Shown here: one piece after another, positions 1 to 14,567 of the stretch
How the letters are laid out: every line of letters begins with the position of its first letter
Numbering within the stretch: position 1 is the stretch's first letter
From: Selaginella moellendorffii
Lineage: Eukaryota; Plantae; Lycopodiophyta
Assembly: GCF_000143415.4 (NCBI RefSeq)
Contig: NW_003314282.1
Location: 1,073,374 to 1,137,373, forward strand
Reading direction: 5' to 3'
Length of the DNA stretch: 64,000 bases
Position numbers and translations under genes: made by a program
The notes under the pieces: generated by a model
What the model saw: the letters and a program-made list of their open reading frames with translations, nothing else
Database searches by the model: none
Told to the model about the DNA's origin: nothing

Positions 1-3000
1 AAACAATTATAGAGGCAATTACAACCAATAACGATATAATGGACAACTAAACAATTATCAACGTCCACAAGGGAACAACTACAACCAAAGCCAACAAAGG
101 CAATATAACAATTACAACAATCAAGCATCACAACAAAATTATCAACCAAAACAAAATCAACCACAAGAAAATCAATCTAGACAACAATACAATCTATAAA
201 ACCAAAGAGTCAATTAAGTTCCTGTTGGAAGACCACCACCAGCACGAGCAGTCCAAGCAGAAGTTGATATAGAAGATGAGGAATAAATAATGACTGAAGA
301 ATCAAAAGTCTTGGCAATCACAAGAACACAATATAAATGTTAACAACTTGATAATTATGAAGAACAAGATGAAAGTGATCAAGCATTAGAAATCAAGAAT
401 ATAGAATGGAAAAAGAGTAAGAAATTACTTAAAACCATTCAACAAGAGCTTCAAAACAAAGATCTTGAAATTATTAATGATCAAATATACAATCAAGACA
501 ACTAAATTCAAGTATTAAGCTTTACTCAAGATGAGCATACAACCATTGCCAAGCACATATTACAGCAAGGAATTACTTTAACCCTATAACAAATACTACA
601 AATAGCACCATATATGAAAAACCAAATCTTAAAGATATGTAATTGAAAAATCCTTGAAGCTTGCACACAAGAAAAATACCAATCTCAACCAACACAACAA
701 AAACATACTGAAAGAATCCAACCCAATGATTATGATGATAATGTACCTTGTATCAATGTATACATCGGCAAAAATCATATTGAAAGAGCTATCCTTGGAT
801 GGAGGCTCTAGGGTTAATACCATTGAATATGCACTATGTAAAGCTTTAGGACTGGGTAGTATACAAATTGCACCATTCAATGTATACATGGTTGATCAAA
901 GAGTTGTCAGACTAATAGCTATTATATATGATGTCTTTATAACAATCAAAGGACATAAATTTAAAGTTAACTTTGTTGTGTTAAAAATGCCGATTGAAGA
1001 ATCTTCTTATGAAATCTTGTTAGGCAGACCTTAGCTTAACAAAGTTGTTTCTGCACAATATTGGATGGAACATGAGATATGTATACAATCCCAAAAAGGA
1101 CAACTAAAATATCAACATTGACAAGTGGAAAATCTCAAGAAGTTTTCGACCAATACAAATTCAAGAGTACAATTGGTAAGAAGCTTAAACAATCTTGAAG
1201 AAACTAAATTATTTGAAACATATCTTGAACTTAAGGCAATCCAAAAAATTGACCTCAACAACATACTTCCTATATCCAAGTGTCAAGACTGTGAAGGTTC
1301 AAAACAACCAAATTTAAAGAAGACAAATACAACAAAAACCACTATACAAAAAGCAAGACTAGTGATACAACCAGAACAACTACAAACTATAGAATATCAC
1401 TTAGATATACAAGATGAACCACCCTTCATCATCGAAAATCAAGAATTCAAACTTCACATAAATATCAATAAAGACATTGAAGAATTAAATCTAGGGATTC
1501 CCTCAAATCCACAAAACGTCTCAATAACTACACAACTTGACAAAACTTTTAAACTTGACGCTACTACATTCCTTACTAAGTATAAAGATGTCTTTGCTTA
1601 GTCATATAAAGATCTCAAAGGTATATCACCTGATTTATGTATATATTGAATTGAATTACTTCCAGGCATTCGACCTATTAAATAAACTGCTTACCAGATG
1701 AATCCAATGTTCACTGAAAAAGTAAAAACTGAAATCAACAAACTCTTTGAAGCAGGATTTATATATCCAATACAAAATATCCAATGGCTATCACCTTTAG
1801 TTATTGTACTTAAGAAAAATGGGAAATTACACATTTGTGTGAATTACAAGAAGTTAAATAATGCCACTATGAAAGATGCATTTCCTATACCAGTTTTAGA
1901 GGAAATACTCGATGTCATAGTCGGTCATGAGATATGTTCATTTCTTGACGGTTTTTCAGACTACAATCAAATACACATAACTGTCAAAAATCAACATAAA
2001 ACAACTTTTATAAGTCTATGAGGAGTATATGCATATATGAGAATGCCATTTGGATTGACCAATGCCCCATTTACATTTCAATAGATCATTACTGATACCT
2101 TCCAAGATTATTTCACATATTTCATGCGAGTCTTTATGGATGACTTTAGTGTCTTTGGACCTCAAGACAAACACCTTGAATACCTCAAGAAATGTTTTAT
2201 CAAATGCAGACAAAACCAAGTTGCTTTTAATCCTAAAAAATGTACTTTCTTTGTTAAATCAGGAATACTACTTGGCCACATTGTTTCCACTCAAGGCATT
2301 CAAATTGATAAAGCTAAAACCAACGTCATTATGAAAATACAACCACCTAATGATCTCAAAAGTTTGCAAAGTTTTCTAGGCAAGATGGGTTACCATAGAA
2401 GATTTATCAAGGACTATGCCAAAGTAGTTAAACCATTAATTGATTTACTCAAGAAAGATAAATTCTATCACTGGACTCAAAAATGTTAGCAAGTATTCTT
2501 GATACTCAAAGATAAATTTACACAGACACTAATTCTTGTCCAACCAATCTGGACTCAAGAATTTTCCATACAAGTTGATGCCTCTGATTATGCGCTAAGA
2601 GCAATTCTTTGCTAAAGAAAAGATGATCATTGTGATCACCCTATATATTATGTAAGTCGATGACTTTCTCCACCCAAAATGAATTATACAACTACAGAAA
2701 AAGAAGCCTTAGGCATGATATATGCCTTAACCAAATTTCTGACACTATTTATTTTCCAACAAAGTAAAAATATTTATCAATCATTAAGCATTGATTCATC
2801 TACTCAACAAACCCATATTTAGTGGACAAATAGCAAGATGGCTTTTGTTATTACAAGAATTCAATTTCGAAATAGTTCACAAACCTGGCAAATACCACGA
2901 ACAAGCTAATCATCTCAGCAGAATTACAATTGGGGAAAATATACAAGACCCCAACAATGACTTACCTGATTCACATCTTTTTAAGATTACGACCCACGAT

Positions 3001-4250
3001 ACACTTCAAGAAATCTTTAATTATTTAACAACTACAAAAGTTCCCACATCCTGTACCACGCAAGATCAAAGGAAACAATTTGTCTTGAGAACATGATGAT
3101 ACTCAATTGTCGGAGGAAAACTCTATAAAATTGGGCATGATAATATATTAAGAAGATGTGTAAGATCACAAGAAGAGATACACGAGTTACTAGAAGAAGC
3201 CCATGCAAGTTGTTCTGAAGGGCATTTTGCAGAAAAAATTACAGCAAGAAAAATATTGCAAGCAGGCCTATGGTGGCCTACATTATGGAAAGACACTTCA
3301 CAGTTTTGTCAAACTTGTGATATTTGTCAACATACATAATTTCCACCTAAGAAACAAACACAAGAACTGAATCCAATTATAACAATGGAATCTTTCCAAA
3401 GATGGGGCCTAGATTTTGTAGGACCCATACAAATGGAAATCAATATATTTTGGTGGTAACAGATTACATGACAAAATGGGCAGAAGCCCAACCACTCAAG
3501 AAAGCAACAGCAAAGAATACAACTAAGTTTCTTTATAAAACAATTATCACAAGATATGAATTACCTCGAGAAATAATAATAGATAGAGGAACATATTTCC
3601 TCAATGAAACAATCAAGATTTTACTCGACGAATTCATCATCAAACATAAGAAATCTACACCATATTATCCATAGGGCAACAGCTAAGCCGAATCCACAAA
3701 CAAAACACTCAAAAACATACTGAAGAAAATTAGTGCAAACAAATCTTAAAGATTAGGATAATAGAGTTTATGATACTCTTTGGGCTTATAGAAGAGCATA
3801 TAAAGTTTCAACAAATTCAACTCCATTCAAATTTGCTTATGGACTTGAAGCTTTAACACCACTACAATATACTATACCATCCTTGAGAATGGCAATTCAA
3901 CTAAATTAATCAAGAAAAGATTGGTTATGCTAGAAAAGTTAGATGAAGAAAGATTATATGCTTTATGGACAATTGAAGCCATACAAGCAAGAAGAAAAAC
4001 TTATCACAATAGAAAACAAATTATAAAGAAAACTGATAGATTTGAAGTTGGAAATTTTGTTCTATAGTATAAAGGAAATGTTGACAAAATAAAAGGCAAA
4101 TTGGTATATCAATGGGAAGGACCATTCAAGATCACAAATATGCAAACACCTGGCACAACTCACTTAGCGACATTCAATGATGAAGAAATTCAAATAGTCA
4201 ATCTCAACAAATTGAGAAAATATCAAGAACCAAGCATGGCGTATATACAA
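1..4250 (+). mobile_element. Degenerate Ty3/gypsy gag-pol, Athila/OTA-like, 5' end outside the window
   Basis: Fragmented ORFs in PR-RT-RH-INT order: LDGGS..ILLGRP (protease), LDGFSDYNQI and VFMDDFSVFG (RT), QVDASD..ARWLLLLQEF (RNase H), DYMTKWAEA..STPYYP and WEGPFKI (integrase). Many stops and frameshifts. Confidence 0.93.
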
Positions 4251-4711
4251 GCCATGCACACTATGCTGGAATTGACTACCAATGAAACCAATACAACTCA
4301 TGTTGTACACAAAACAGTTCCACAACAATCACAAACAACTCTACTCAAGAAAAGACTTAGTGAAAATGCAAGAACACTATATATAAAACAGAGTTAGCCC
4401 TAACCCTGACAGAGAGGAAGTGTGTGTTGAAAAATCACAAGGGTAATCTTGAGTGGCAAGCAAATCTTGAGATCACAAGTGCAGTAGAGAGTGATCATCA
4501 GCTAGGTGCTCTCACCCATCTCAAACAAGTGCATCAGATTCTAAGAAACACACCGATCAAGAGAGACAAGAAGAAAGCAAGTAGAAAAGAGAGAGCCCAA
4601 AAAAGAAGCAAGAAGAGTGTGTTCACAAGTATAGAGAGAGCACTCATATCTTTTCCTCTATTTGAATCACATGTGCAAGTGCATTCTCAACAAAGCCGAA
4701 GAGTTGATACA

Positions 4712-6685
4712 ATGCGAAAAACACCCAAGACAGATACTATCCTCTCTCAAAATCTTGAGTGGCAATTTGATGCAAATGTCAAGTGTTGGACTCACGATCA
4801 CAGCCTCTTTGATTTTGTAGAATGAATGGCGGGATATCTCATGAATCAAGTGAGCAATGAGAAGGCTCACTTGATGGATCTTGCCACCGGCCAGGTTGAA
4901 CTTGAAGATTCGGAGTTGGCAGCAACTCTATGTCTCCTAGCTGAAGGCAAGCAAGTCTCTGCTCCATGCACATGGGCTTTAAGTCACTACATCATGAAAG
5001 ATCCCAGGAGCTACAACTCGGCACTTAGTTTGCAATTCTCCAATGTCAAGGACAAGCTCTACAAGATCTTCAAGTTCCTTGTTCTCAACCTGGAGTTCCG
5101 GAAGATTGCCACGATAGTGAGCAGATCTGTGGCCTTCATCTACGAGGATCTTCAAGCTGGGAAGAAAGTGGATTTAGTAGGATATGTGATCCCGAAGTTT
5201 CACAAGGAACTTAAGAAGGTGACAGCAGATCTCAATGTGGGGAGATGTGTGAGGATGCTGATACTACTGTATGTCCGAGCCATGTTCACGCATAGGAGTC
5301 AAGCCATGGTGATCTACAATCCACCACCTCTGCCTCAGCAGCATGCAGCCACGGAAGTTCAAAGCCCCAAGCTGAAGACAGCTTGATGAACACCGAGAAG
5401 AAAAAGGTCCAGCGAAAGGCAGCAGCAACTCCACGAAGAAAAACATGGGGAGAAGGCTGAAGAAATGTTGGGACTCCACAGGTTGACAGTGACGAAAATG
5501 ATGTGTAGACAGTCTAGCGCAAGGTGCCGACATGACAACAACCAACGAGAACCTCTAGCTCCAAAACAAAACAGTAGTAGAGTTTGGCACTTACACAACT
5601 ATCAATGAAGAGCTTGTAGCCTCCAAGCTCACTGCAGCCGGATTTGCCACCATCGCCACTGCACGAACAAGTGCTACTCCATCTCTAACAACAACAATTC
5701 CAGTGGACAATCACTTTCAGCTAACATAGGATATTCTTGAAAATCCTAAGATGGTTACAATTCCACCATCTATTGTGCCAGGGCACATTGCTCTTCACGA
5801 ACCACCCATGCAGCAGGAGCAGCAACACTAGCCTCAGCAGCAGCCTACCATGCCACAGTTGTTTGCAAAACAACAACAGCCTCCACCACTACAGCCTGTC
5901 AAGCAGCACCAACCTTTGCTGCCACAACCTGCTGAGTAGCCATCTCCACCATAGCAACTTGTCAAGGAGCAGCCATTTCTACCATAGAAACTAGCAGAGC
6001 TACATTAGCATGTTGAGGAGCAGCCACCTTTGCCACAGCAGCCAACCGAGCTATAGCAACTTGTTGAGCCACACTACAATTTGCAACAGCAATTGGCACC
6101 ACCATAGCCTGAGCACACACAGACATTTGCTCCAGACATCAACGCTGAGGACATGTGGCTGCCTCGTTTAGCAATGCATCACCAGTTTCCTCACAAGCGC
6201 ATGAGCACCAAACACCATCACTATGATAAATACGCCACCAACAACGTTCCAATCGAAGCAGAGGAGCAGCTACAACCAAAAGTGTACCGTCCCATGCTTA
6301 CAACTTTTTGGAGCAGTACCATAACTCAAATATGGCAGTGTACACGTGGGATGGCATGGAGAGCTTCTTTCACAAGGTTTTTGAGTGACCACACAAGGAG
6401 AAGTTGGCAAGCATGGCTCAAGAACTCGATCAGGTAAAAGGAATCCTTCTCACTATGCAGGCTCATGGACTCCCAACACCAAACACCTACTGAGAATCTT
6501 TCGAGTTAATGCAGCAATACTAACTCAAGAATGCCCGCCTCACCAAAGAAAACATGGAGCTTAAAGCCCGACTTCAAGTGCTTGAGACTACTATTAAGAA
6601 CTACACTCGTGACGAGCTTGAGGACTATGAAGAAGAACTAGAGGCTAACAACACAACTGCCACTACCACCACAATGGAAGCCTGA
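4712..6685 (+). pseudogene. Extra sense ORF 3' of pol (env-like position), degenerate
   Basis: ORFs 4424-4825 and 4826-5386 share a frame across one TGA. A globular part (DLQAGKKVDLVGYVIPKFHKEL) is followed by a Q/P-rich tract and a coiled-coil end (KENMELKARLQVLETTIK) with a stop at 6685. More GC-rich than pol. Confidence 0.6.
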
Positions 6686-7169
6686 GCTGTAGGAGCTGCT
6701 CAACTCTAGTCGTCGAAGAGTAGAGAGGTACATGCATTTTGCATCATGATTTTCACAAAGGCATTTCCTGAGTTAGGAATTGAGATCAGGATTTTAACCA
6801 GTCCAAATTCCTGACTTGGATGATTGGGCATGTAGTGGATATATAGGCTGGTGATAGCAGGCCAAACCTATCCCCTTTCTGTCTTTTTATATCCTTGGCC
6901 ATAATAACATACACTCCACTTGCTCAATATCTATTCTTCTCTTCCATGTCTATTTTACTCATTGCCTTTTGGGGATCAAGGCTGTGAGATGTAGATCAAT
7001 CTTAACATCAACATTTTTGTGACGACACATGACTAAGTATTTCTTTCCTTTTCATGTTTGGATCTAGATTAGATTAGAGAGGATTCACAAAATCATTGTA
7101 GAGGTGATTTTATAGTTCTCCACTAGTGGAGGTGAACTACTCCACAATAGAGGAGTGTTTAACAACAGT

Positions 7170-9067
7170 ATGCATATCTACATGGTTATCAAACGTTACT
7201 TGAAGGTGATCATGCTGCCATTACTTCATTATTGAAGTAAAAGAACTTGGTTTGTTGTATTGTTCGATGGGCTTTGAAGCTTCAGATATATGATTTTAAT
7301 GTTATTCATTGCCCATGAAGTTCTATGATTGATGCTAATGCCCTTTCTCAAGCTCCTCTTCCTTCTCCACTCTCTTCTCATGTTTCTGATGAGCCTGTTG
7401 CTTTAGCATCTGTGGATTTTCTAGATGAGGATTTTGTGCCATCAGTGGTTGTTATATTTAATGTTCAGTGTCCACAAGATTCAGAGCAAGATTTACCTTC
7501 TTTTGATGAAGTTCATGAAGCTCAAAAGATTGAGCCATAGATTCGAAAGCTTTGAGATGGGTTTGAGAATCTTGCATCATTTGTTGATGACTTGCCATTT
7601 TGGCATTTACATTCTCAATATCACCTTAAAGACAGCCTTCTTTATTTTGTGGGGATGAATCCTGATGATCATTTACTATTAGTGGTGCCTTTTGTCTTTG
7701 TTCCATGGTTTCTTCATGCCTACCATGATTCTCCTATTTTGGGTGTGCATATGGGACATCCTTGTATGATGGAGAAGTTGCACAAGTCTTTCTATTAGCT
7801 AGAGATGTGATATGATGTTATTCAGTATGTGTGTAGTCACATTTGGTGTTAGGCTCATAATACTCCCCCTCGTGTCGTGGAAGGACAGTTAGAGTCAATT
7901 GCAATTTCCTGTTCGTTTGAGCTTGTGGCATTTGATCTTATAAGACCTTTTCCATGATTGACTGTTGGTAATGAGTATGTTATTATTGCTTCTGACTACT
8001 TGATTTGTTGGGTGGAAGTTAATGCTCTTGCTAGTGCCTTTGCAACTGTTATTGGATACTTCCTCCTTAATCGAGGGGTGTTTTAGCATTCTTGTCTAGA
8101 GCAGATTCTTTTGGATAATGTCCCACATTTATGGCTGAGGCATTTCATGTTTTGACATCTGAGTTGGGGATACGCCATACTTTCATGAGTGCTTATCATC
8201 CATAGTCAAACGGTTTGGTGGAACGGCTTATTTGGACATTTAAAGGAATTATCGTGAAGTACGTGAACTTTCAACATTCGGATTAGGATTGTCATTTGCT
8301 GTCTTTTCGGTATGAATATGTTACAGGGGTGCAGAGTTCTATTGGTGTTTCACCATATGAACTTTTATATGGTCATGATCCAATATTACCAACAGAGCTG
8401 GGTTTACCATCGCAATTGCCACAAGATGCCGATGTTAGGTCGTGGGATCAATATTTGACAAGCATTCTTCCACTTGTCTAAGCAGAGTCTGCTAAACACT
8501 TAAGCCGCGTATAAGTGGGACAACAACAACACTACAACTCCCATTATCATCCACCTGCGGAGTACAAAGTGGATGACTTGATGTTAGTCCATTTTCCCCA
8601 TTTTACGGTATATGGTTTATCTAAGGGGCTCCTTGCTCAGTGGAAAGGACTGTATTATATGTTGTGGCAAGTTGGACCGCAAGTTTATGAGGTTCGATAT
8701 AACGTTTAGCAAGCCGATCCTGCAAAAATTGTGCATGTGTAGCGGTTAAAATGCTTTATACAAAGGGATCAGGAACAACTAATACCACCTATAGATTTAC
8801 CGATGCCTCCTCCTAATATTCCTCTAGATCTCAACCCATCTACAAGAGAAACCTGATGGTCTTCCATTATTCTGAGAGGAAGGGATGATGTGAGGTCCAA
8901 ATGTATACCTACAATACCATATACTAATATTAGTGTAGTGGGATTTTGGTAGCCATCATATTGGTTTCAATCCGGACCACTTACTCTTATATATAAGCTA
9001 GTGGGTTATTTGGGCTAATAGATATACATATTTTTTGTATTCCTTTTCCATATTCCATGCACTCACA
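7170..9067 (+). mobile_element. 5'-truncated older copy of the element at 9732-14742 (RNase H end, integrase, PPT, 3' LTR)
   Basis: Reverse-complement similarity to 9732-11626. PPT gagaggaagggatga precedes an LTR at 8889-9067 (TGTGAGG...CTCACA). Confidence 0.93.
8889..9067 (+). repeat. 3' LTR of the truncated copy
   Basis: TG...CA termini; diverged reverse complement of the LTRs at 9732-9906 and 14568-14742. Confidence 0.9.
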
Positions 9068-9731
9068 AAAGGATGATCCAAAATTGAGGTGAGTTCACAA
9101 GTTTAGCTCAACTCAGCTAAAGTCAATATCAAACAATATAGTCAACTATAAATCTAACAAATAGATTTCATATTAAAAAATGTTATTCTTTAGAAAAGTT
9201 GAAATTCATGAATTCAATTTTTTTAAAGTATATGAATGGCTAGAGAGAATGCTATTGTTACTCACACTTGGCCCCTATATAGCTCATATAAATCTTTACC
9301 TTCATCTTTAATTTCTATCAACATTCTACCCTTCTCTCCACACAATAAGTGTTATGAAGTTTTTCCTTTCATAGCCTTGAGTGTGATTGAATATGAAATC
9401 TCTTTTTGAAATAATGTTTTAGATATTATTATTAAAGTTGGATTACTTCATGTGTTTCAAGAGCAATGTCATTGTTTCTTTAAGATCTTGCTCCAAAAAC
9501 TTTTGAAAGAATAAGCACATCTTATCTTTATTGTCCTATATATTATTTTTATTTGGACAAAATGAATAGCTATATGGGTCTAGAAACTTTTCTAAAACGT
9601 TTATATGACTTCTCAATTCATGGGAAGACTTATATTGCATATGTCCTACCATGTATACATAGGAAGACTTCTAAAGCTCATCGTATTAGGGATTTGTGAT
9701 ATAAAGGAAAAACTAAATATATATTACATCT

Positions 9732-9906
9732 TGTGAGTGCATGGAATATGGAAAGGGAATACAGAAATGTGCATATCAATTAGCCCAAAAACCCTAGCTT
9801 ATATACAGGAGTGAGTGGTCCGGATTGAAACCAATCTGAAGGCTACCAAAATCCCACTACGCTAATATTAGTATACGACATCGTAGCCGTACACTTGGCC
9901 CTCACA
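9732..9906 (-). repeat. 3' LTR
   Basis: Direct repeat of 14568-14742; adjacent PPT at 9907-9921 (gagaagaggggatga on the minus strand). Confidence 0.96.
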
Positions 9907-9938
9907 TCATCCCCTCTTCTCGGAATAATGGAAGACCA

Positions 9939-12900
9939 TCAGGGTTCTCTTGTAGACAGGCTGGGATCTGGAGGAACATCAGGAGGAGGCATTGGCGGAT
10001 CTGTAGATGGTATTAACCGCTCCTGATCCCTTTGTATGAAGTGTTTCAACCGCTGCACATGCAAAATCTCTGGAGGATCGACCTGCTGAACGTCATGCCG
10101 AACCTCATAAACTTGTGGTCTAACTTGCCGCAACACCCGATACGGTCCTTTCCACTGTGCAAGGAGCCCCTTAGATAAACCACGTACCATAAGATGGGGA
10201 AAACAGACTAACACCAAATCATCCACTTTGTACTCTGCAGGTGGATGATGATGGGAGTTGTAGCGCTGTTGTTGTCCCACTTGTATGTGGCCTAAGTGTT
10301 CAGCAAACTCTGCTCAGACAAGTGGAAGAATGCTTGTCAAATATTGATCCCATGACCTAGCATCCGCAGCTCGTGGCAATCGCAAAGGTAAACCCAGCTT
10401 CATTGGTAATATTGGATCATGACCATATAGGAGTTTATATGGTGAAGCACCAACAGAACTCTGCACCCCAGTGACATATGCATACTGAAGAGACGGCAAA
10501 TAACCATCCCAATCCGAATGTTGAAAGTTCACATACTTCGCAATCATCTCCTTGAATGTCTGAACGAGCCGTTCCACCAGACCGTCTGATTGTGGATGAT
10601 AAGCACTTGTGAAAGTGTGGCAAATCCCCAACCGAGACGTCAAAACATGAAATGCCTCAACCATAAATGCGGGACCATTATCCGAAAGAATCCGCTCTGG
10701 ACAAGAATGCTGAAACACCACTCGATTGAGGAGGAAGTATCCAACAGCAGTTGCAGAGGCGTTAGCAAGAGCACCAACTTCCACCCAACGAGTCAAATAG
10801 TCAGAAGCAATAATAACATACTCATTGCCAGTAGTCGACTGTGGAAAAGGTCCCATAAGATCAAATGCCACCAACTCAAACGGAGGGGAAATTGCAATTG
10901 ACTCCAACCGTCCTTCCGCAGCCCGAGGGGGAGTATTACGAGCTTGGCACCAAATGCAGCTATGCACATACCGGATAATATCACGTTGCATCTCCGGCCA
11001 ATAGAAAGACCTGTGTAGCTTCTCAATTACACGACGATGTCCCATATGCCCACCTAGAATAGGAGAATCATGGTAGGCATGGAGAAACCGCGGAATAAAG
11101 ATAGAAGGCACCACCAGCCGTAAATGATCATCAGGATTTGTCCCCATAAAATAAAGAAGGCCATCTTCAAGATGATATTGAGAATGTAAATGCCGGAAAG
11201 GCAAGTCATCAGCAAGTGATGTAAGATTCTCAAACCCATCTCGAAGCCTTCGAATCCATGGCTCAATCTTTTGAGCCTTACGAACCTCATCAAGCGAAGG
11301 TAGATCTTGCTCTGCACCTTGTGGACATTGAATGTCAAATATAGCAACCGCCGATGGCACAGAATCCTTGTCTAGAAAATCCACAGATGCTACAATAACA
11401 GGCTCGTCAGAAACATGAGAAGAGAGTTAAGAAAGAAGAGGAGCTCGAGAAAGGGCATCAGCATCAGCCATAGAACTCCCTGAGTAGTGAACAACATCAA
11501 AATCATATATTTGAAGCTTCAAAGCCCATCGAGCAGTACGACCAACCAGGTTCTTCCGCTTTAATAACGAAGTAACAGCAGCATGGTCACCTTCAAGTAA
11601 CGTCCGAGAACCATGTAGATATGCATGAAGTTTCTCGAAACCCCAGACTGCTGCTAAACACTCCTTTTTTGTCGTGGAGTAGTTCATCTCCGTTGGTTGT
11701 AATGTACGGCTTATATATGCAATGGGATGGCGCTGATCAGGCACACTCGAGCTCTCTTGCATCAACACACCTCCAAGACCAATGTCAGAAGCATCTACGC
11801 GCAAAATAAAAGGTCGAGTGTAGTCAGGATATGCCAAAACCGGAGGAGTTGTCAATAACTCTTTGAGATCCCCGAACGCCCGCTCACAATCCGGAGACCA
11901 AATGAAAAATGACGTTGATGACTTCAACAACGCTTGCAATGGTGCAGTGCGATCAAAAAGATGATCCACAAAACGCCCGAGATACTACACCTTGCCCAAG
12001 AAACGCTGCACATCATTCACACACTTCGGAGTAGGGAACTTTAGAACAGCCACAAGTTTGTCAGAATCAACTTGCAAACCCTCATGAGAAATATGGTACC
12101 CAAGATAAGTTGTGTCTTTGGATCCAAACACGCACTTTGACCGCTTCAGCTTTAAACCAACGTTGCGTAGCCGATCCAACACTTTACAAACATCATGAAT
12201 GTGCTCCTCCCACTTCCCCTCTGAGTGGATCAAGACATCATCAATAAAGTCAATAGTCACCTCCGGCATATTGCAAAGAACCTTGTCCATCATCCGTTGA
12301 AAAGTTGCTGGAGCATTGTTCAAACCAGATGGCATCACCAAGAACTCATACAAACCAAATGGTGTATGAAAAGCAGTCTTAGGAATATCTTCTTCGGCCA
12401 TCGATACTTGCCAGTACCCAGAAGCAAGATTTAGCTTGGTGAACCAACGACTTCGCCCCAGACGATCCAAAAGATCAGTAGTGTGAGGAAGAGGGTACAC
12501 ATCCGGGATCGTTACGTCGTTTAACGGACGATAGTCAATGCAGAAACGAATACTCCCATCAGGCTTCGTCACAAGATGAGGTTCACATGCCCAAAGACTC
12601 TGCGACTTCTGAATAACACCCTTCTCCAACATCTCCTTGACATTTGCACGTAAAATTTTGATCTCCTTTGGTGACCGACGACGAACAGGAACCTTGATTG
12701 GACGAGCATCCCCAGTTGGAATCGGATGACGTGTGGCAATCTTGGCTCCAGACGATAGGTCAAAGTCAAAGAGATCAGAATACTCCTTCATGAGTCGATC
12801 AACTGCTGCAACACAAAGATCGTCGGAGGGATCGAAAAAGGGAAGAGCAGAACAAAATGGAAACACAAGAGGAAATAGTGGGGAAACAAAAGTAATGGAA

Positions 12901-14333
12901 GCAGAGGTAGAAGTAGAGGGACGAAGAGGTACAGAAGTGAGAGGAATGGATGAAACATAAAGAAGTATGAGACAAGGGGGAGAAGCCTCAAAGTCACACT
13001 TGGCATGATTGTGCTGCAACCAATCCATACCAAGAATGAGGTCAAAAGCTTGACTCGGCACCACCCGCAACGACTGCAACTCAAGCTCGAGATCGCCCAC
13101 ACGCACAATCAGGTCTGCCTCATCCCGTACACATGCATGTGTACGGCCGTTGCCATAAAGAATGAAAACTGGTTCCGCCGCACGACGCAAGTGTAGACGA
13201 CAACGTGTGGCAACAGGTCAAGCAATAGAAGATAAACTCGAACCTGTATCAACCAACACGGAGAGAATAATAGAAGACCTCTTGTTATAAAGATGAGCTT
13301 GGAAAGTAAACACTGGATGAACTGGTGCCGAGTGAACCCCTTGATGATACTCCCGAAAGAAAGATGGAGGGGTCACTGACTTATTCGCGCAAGGTCCCTC
13401 CATTACTCGCGACTCCTCATTTCCTGGATGCATCTCAGTGTCCAAACCTTCCATTGTAGCAGCACCAACGGGACGTTGCTGACGCCAAGGTCTCCACCCA
13501 GGAAATGGAGGTCGCCAATCCGGAAAATGCCGACAACGCCGATAAGTATGACCAACTTCATCACATGCCCAGCAGCGAACATCACGGCCACGACCACGTC
13601 CTCGCCCTTGACCTTGGACTCGAGCAACAGCAGCATCAACCTCCATTGGAACAGGACCATCACCCACAGGAAGTGGAGCTGAAGGACGTGCAGCGAGAAG
13701 TGGAAGAGGCGACGTCTCATAACGTTGTACCAAGCGAAGAGCATCATCAAGGGTGGCAGGAGCAAGTGCATGCACAAGTCCGACAAGATCTTGACGAAGT
13801 GTTGGCCACAACATTCTTAGCTTGATCCGCTCCGACATATTTGGCTCCGCACGAAGCAAAAGACTTCGGAAACGAACACCAAATTGCATCACCGACTCAG
13901 ATGGCCCTTGGCAAAGACGATACAATTTTTGGAAAGCATCATCACAGTCATCGGCATGTCCGAAGGCGCATTTGAAGACATCCGGAAGAACACTCCAATC
14001 CTCGCGAGTGGCTGCTCCCAAACCGTTGTACCACTGCAACGCCGTCCCTTGGAGACACGTGGGAAACTCACGCAAACGTCAAACATCATCCCAAGAATGA
14101 TATGTGGCAATCACCATAAAGTGATCGAACCAATGGTACACATTATCCCCAGGATTCCTACGAAAGAACTCCGGCTAAACACGAGGATTGGCACCAAGAG
14201 CAGGAGGAGTTGTACCATGTGCCGTGAACGCCACCATCAACTGAGTTTGGTTGTTCAATTGCAAGCGCATAGCATCAAGCAATTGTACCAACTGCTGCTC
14301 CAAAGTCAAAGGAGGAGATTGCTGATCTGCCAT
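9939..14333 (-). pseudogene. gag-pol polyprotein with six in-frame stops and no frameshift
   Basis: ATG at 14333; all listed ORFs share one frame. Zn knuckle CWACDEVGHTYRRC, protease VDTGSS, RT FIDD, RNase H VDASD, integrase H-H-C-C, DLMGP, SDNG and WKGPY. No chromodomain. Confidence 0.95.
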
Positions 14334-14550
14334 GAAGATGAATGAAAAAGAAAGAGCAAAAGAAGAGAAACGACAAAAAAGCTAGAAGGAAATGGTAGAT
14401 CTAGACAATGCAAAAAGCTAGATCTAAACCAAAATCCTGAAAGGAAAGAACAAAAGAAAGGAAATGGAAAAAGCTAAATCTAGACAATGCAAAAGCTAGA
14501 TCTAAACTGAAATCCTAAATCCAAGCACTCCCCAGGGACAATCAAAGGTG

Positions 14551-14566
14551 CCCCTCATCTCCACCA
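14551..14566 (-). promoter_or_regulatory. Primer-binding site complementary to the tRNA-Ala 3' end
   Basis: Minus strand reads TGGTGGAGATGAGGGG 1 nt inside the 5' LTR; plant tRNA-Ala ends ...CCCCGCATCTCCACCA (recalled). Confidence 0.8.
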
Positions 14567-14567
14567 A

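Noticed and set aside
7113-7140. Palindrome ctccactagtggag as a Helitron 3' end
   Set aside because: No properly spaced CTRR terminus or other Helitron evidence.
9939-14333. In-frame stops as U-to-C editing or programmed read-through sites
   Set aside because: Plant U-to-C editing is organellar, and the stops are scattered inside domains; deamination is the simpler explanation.
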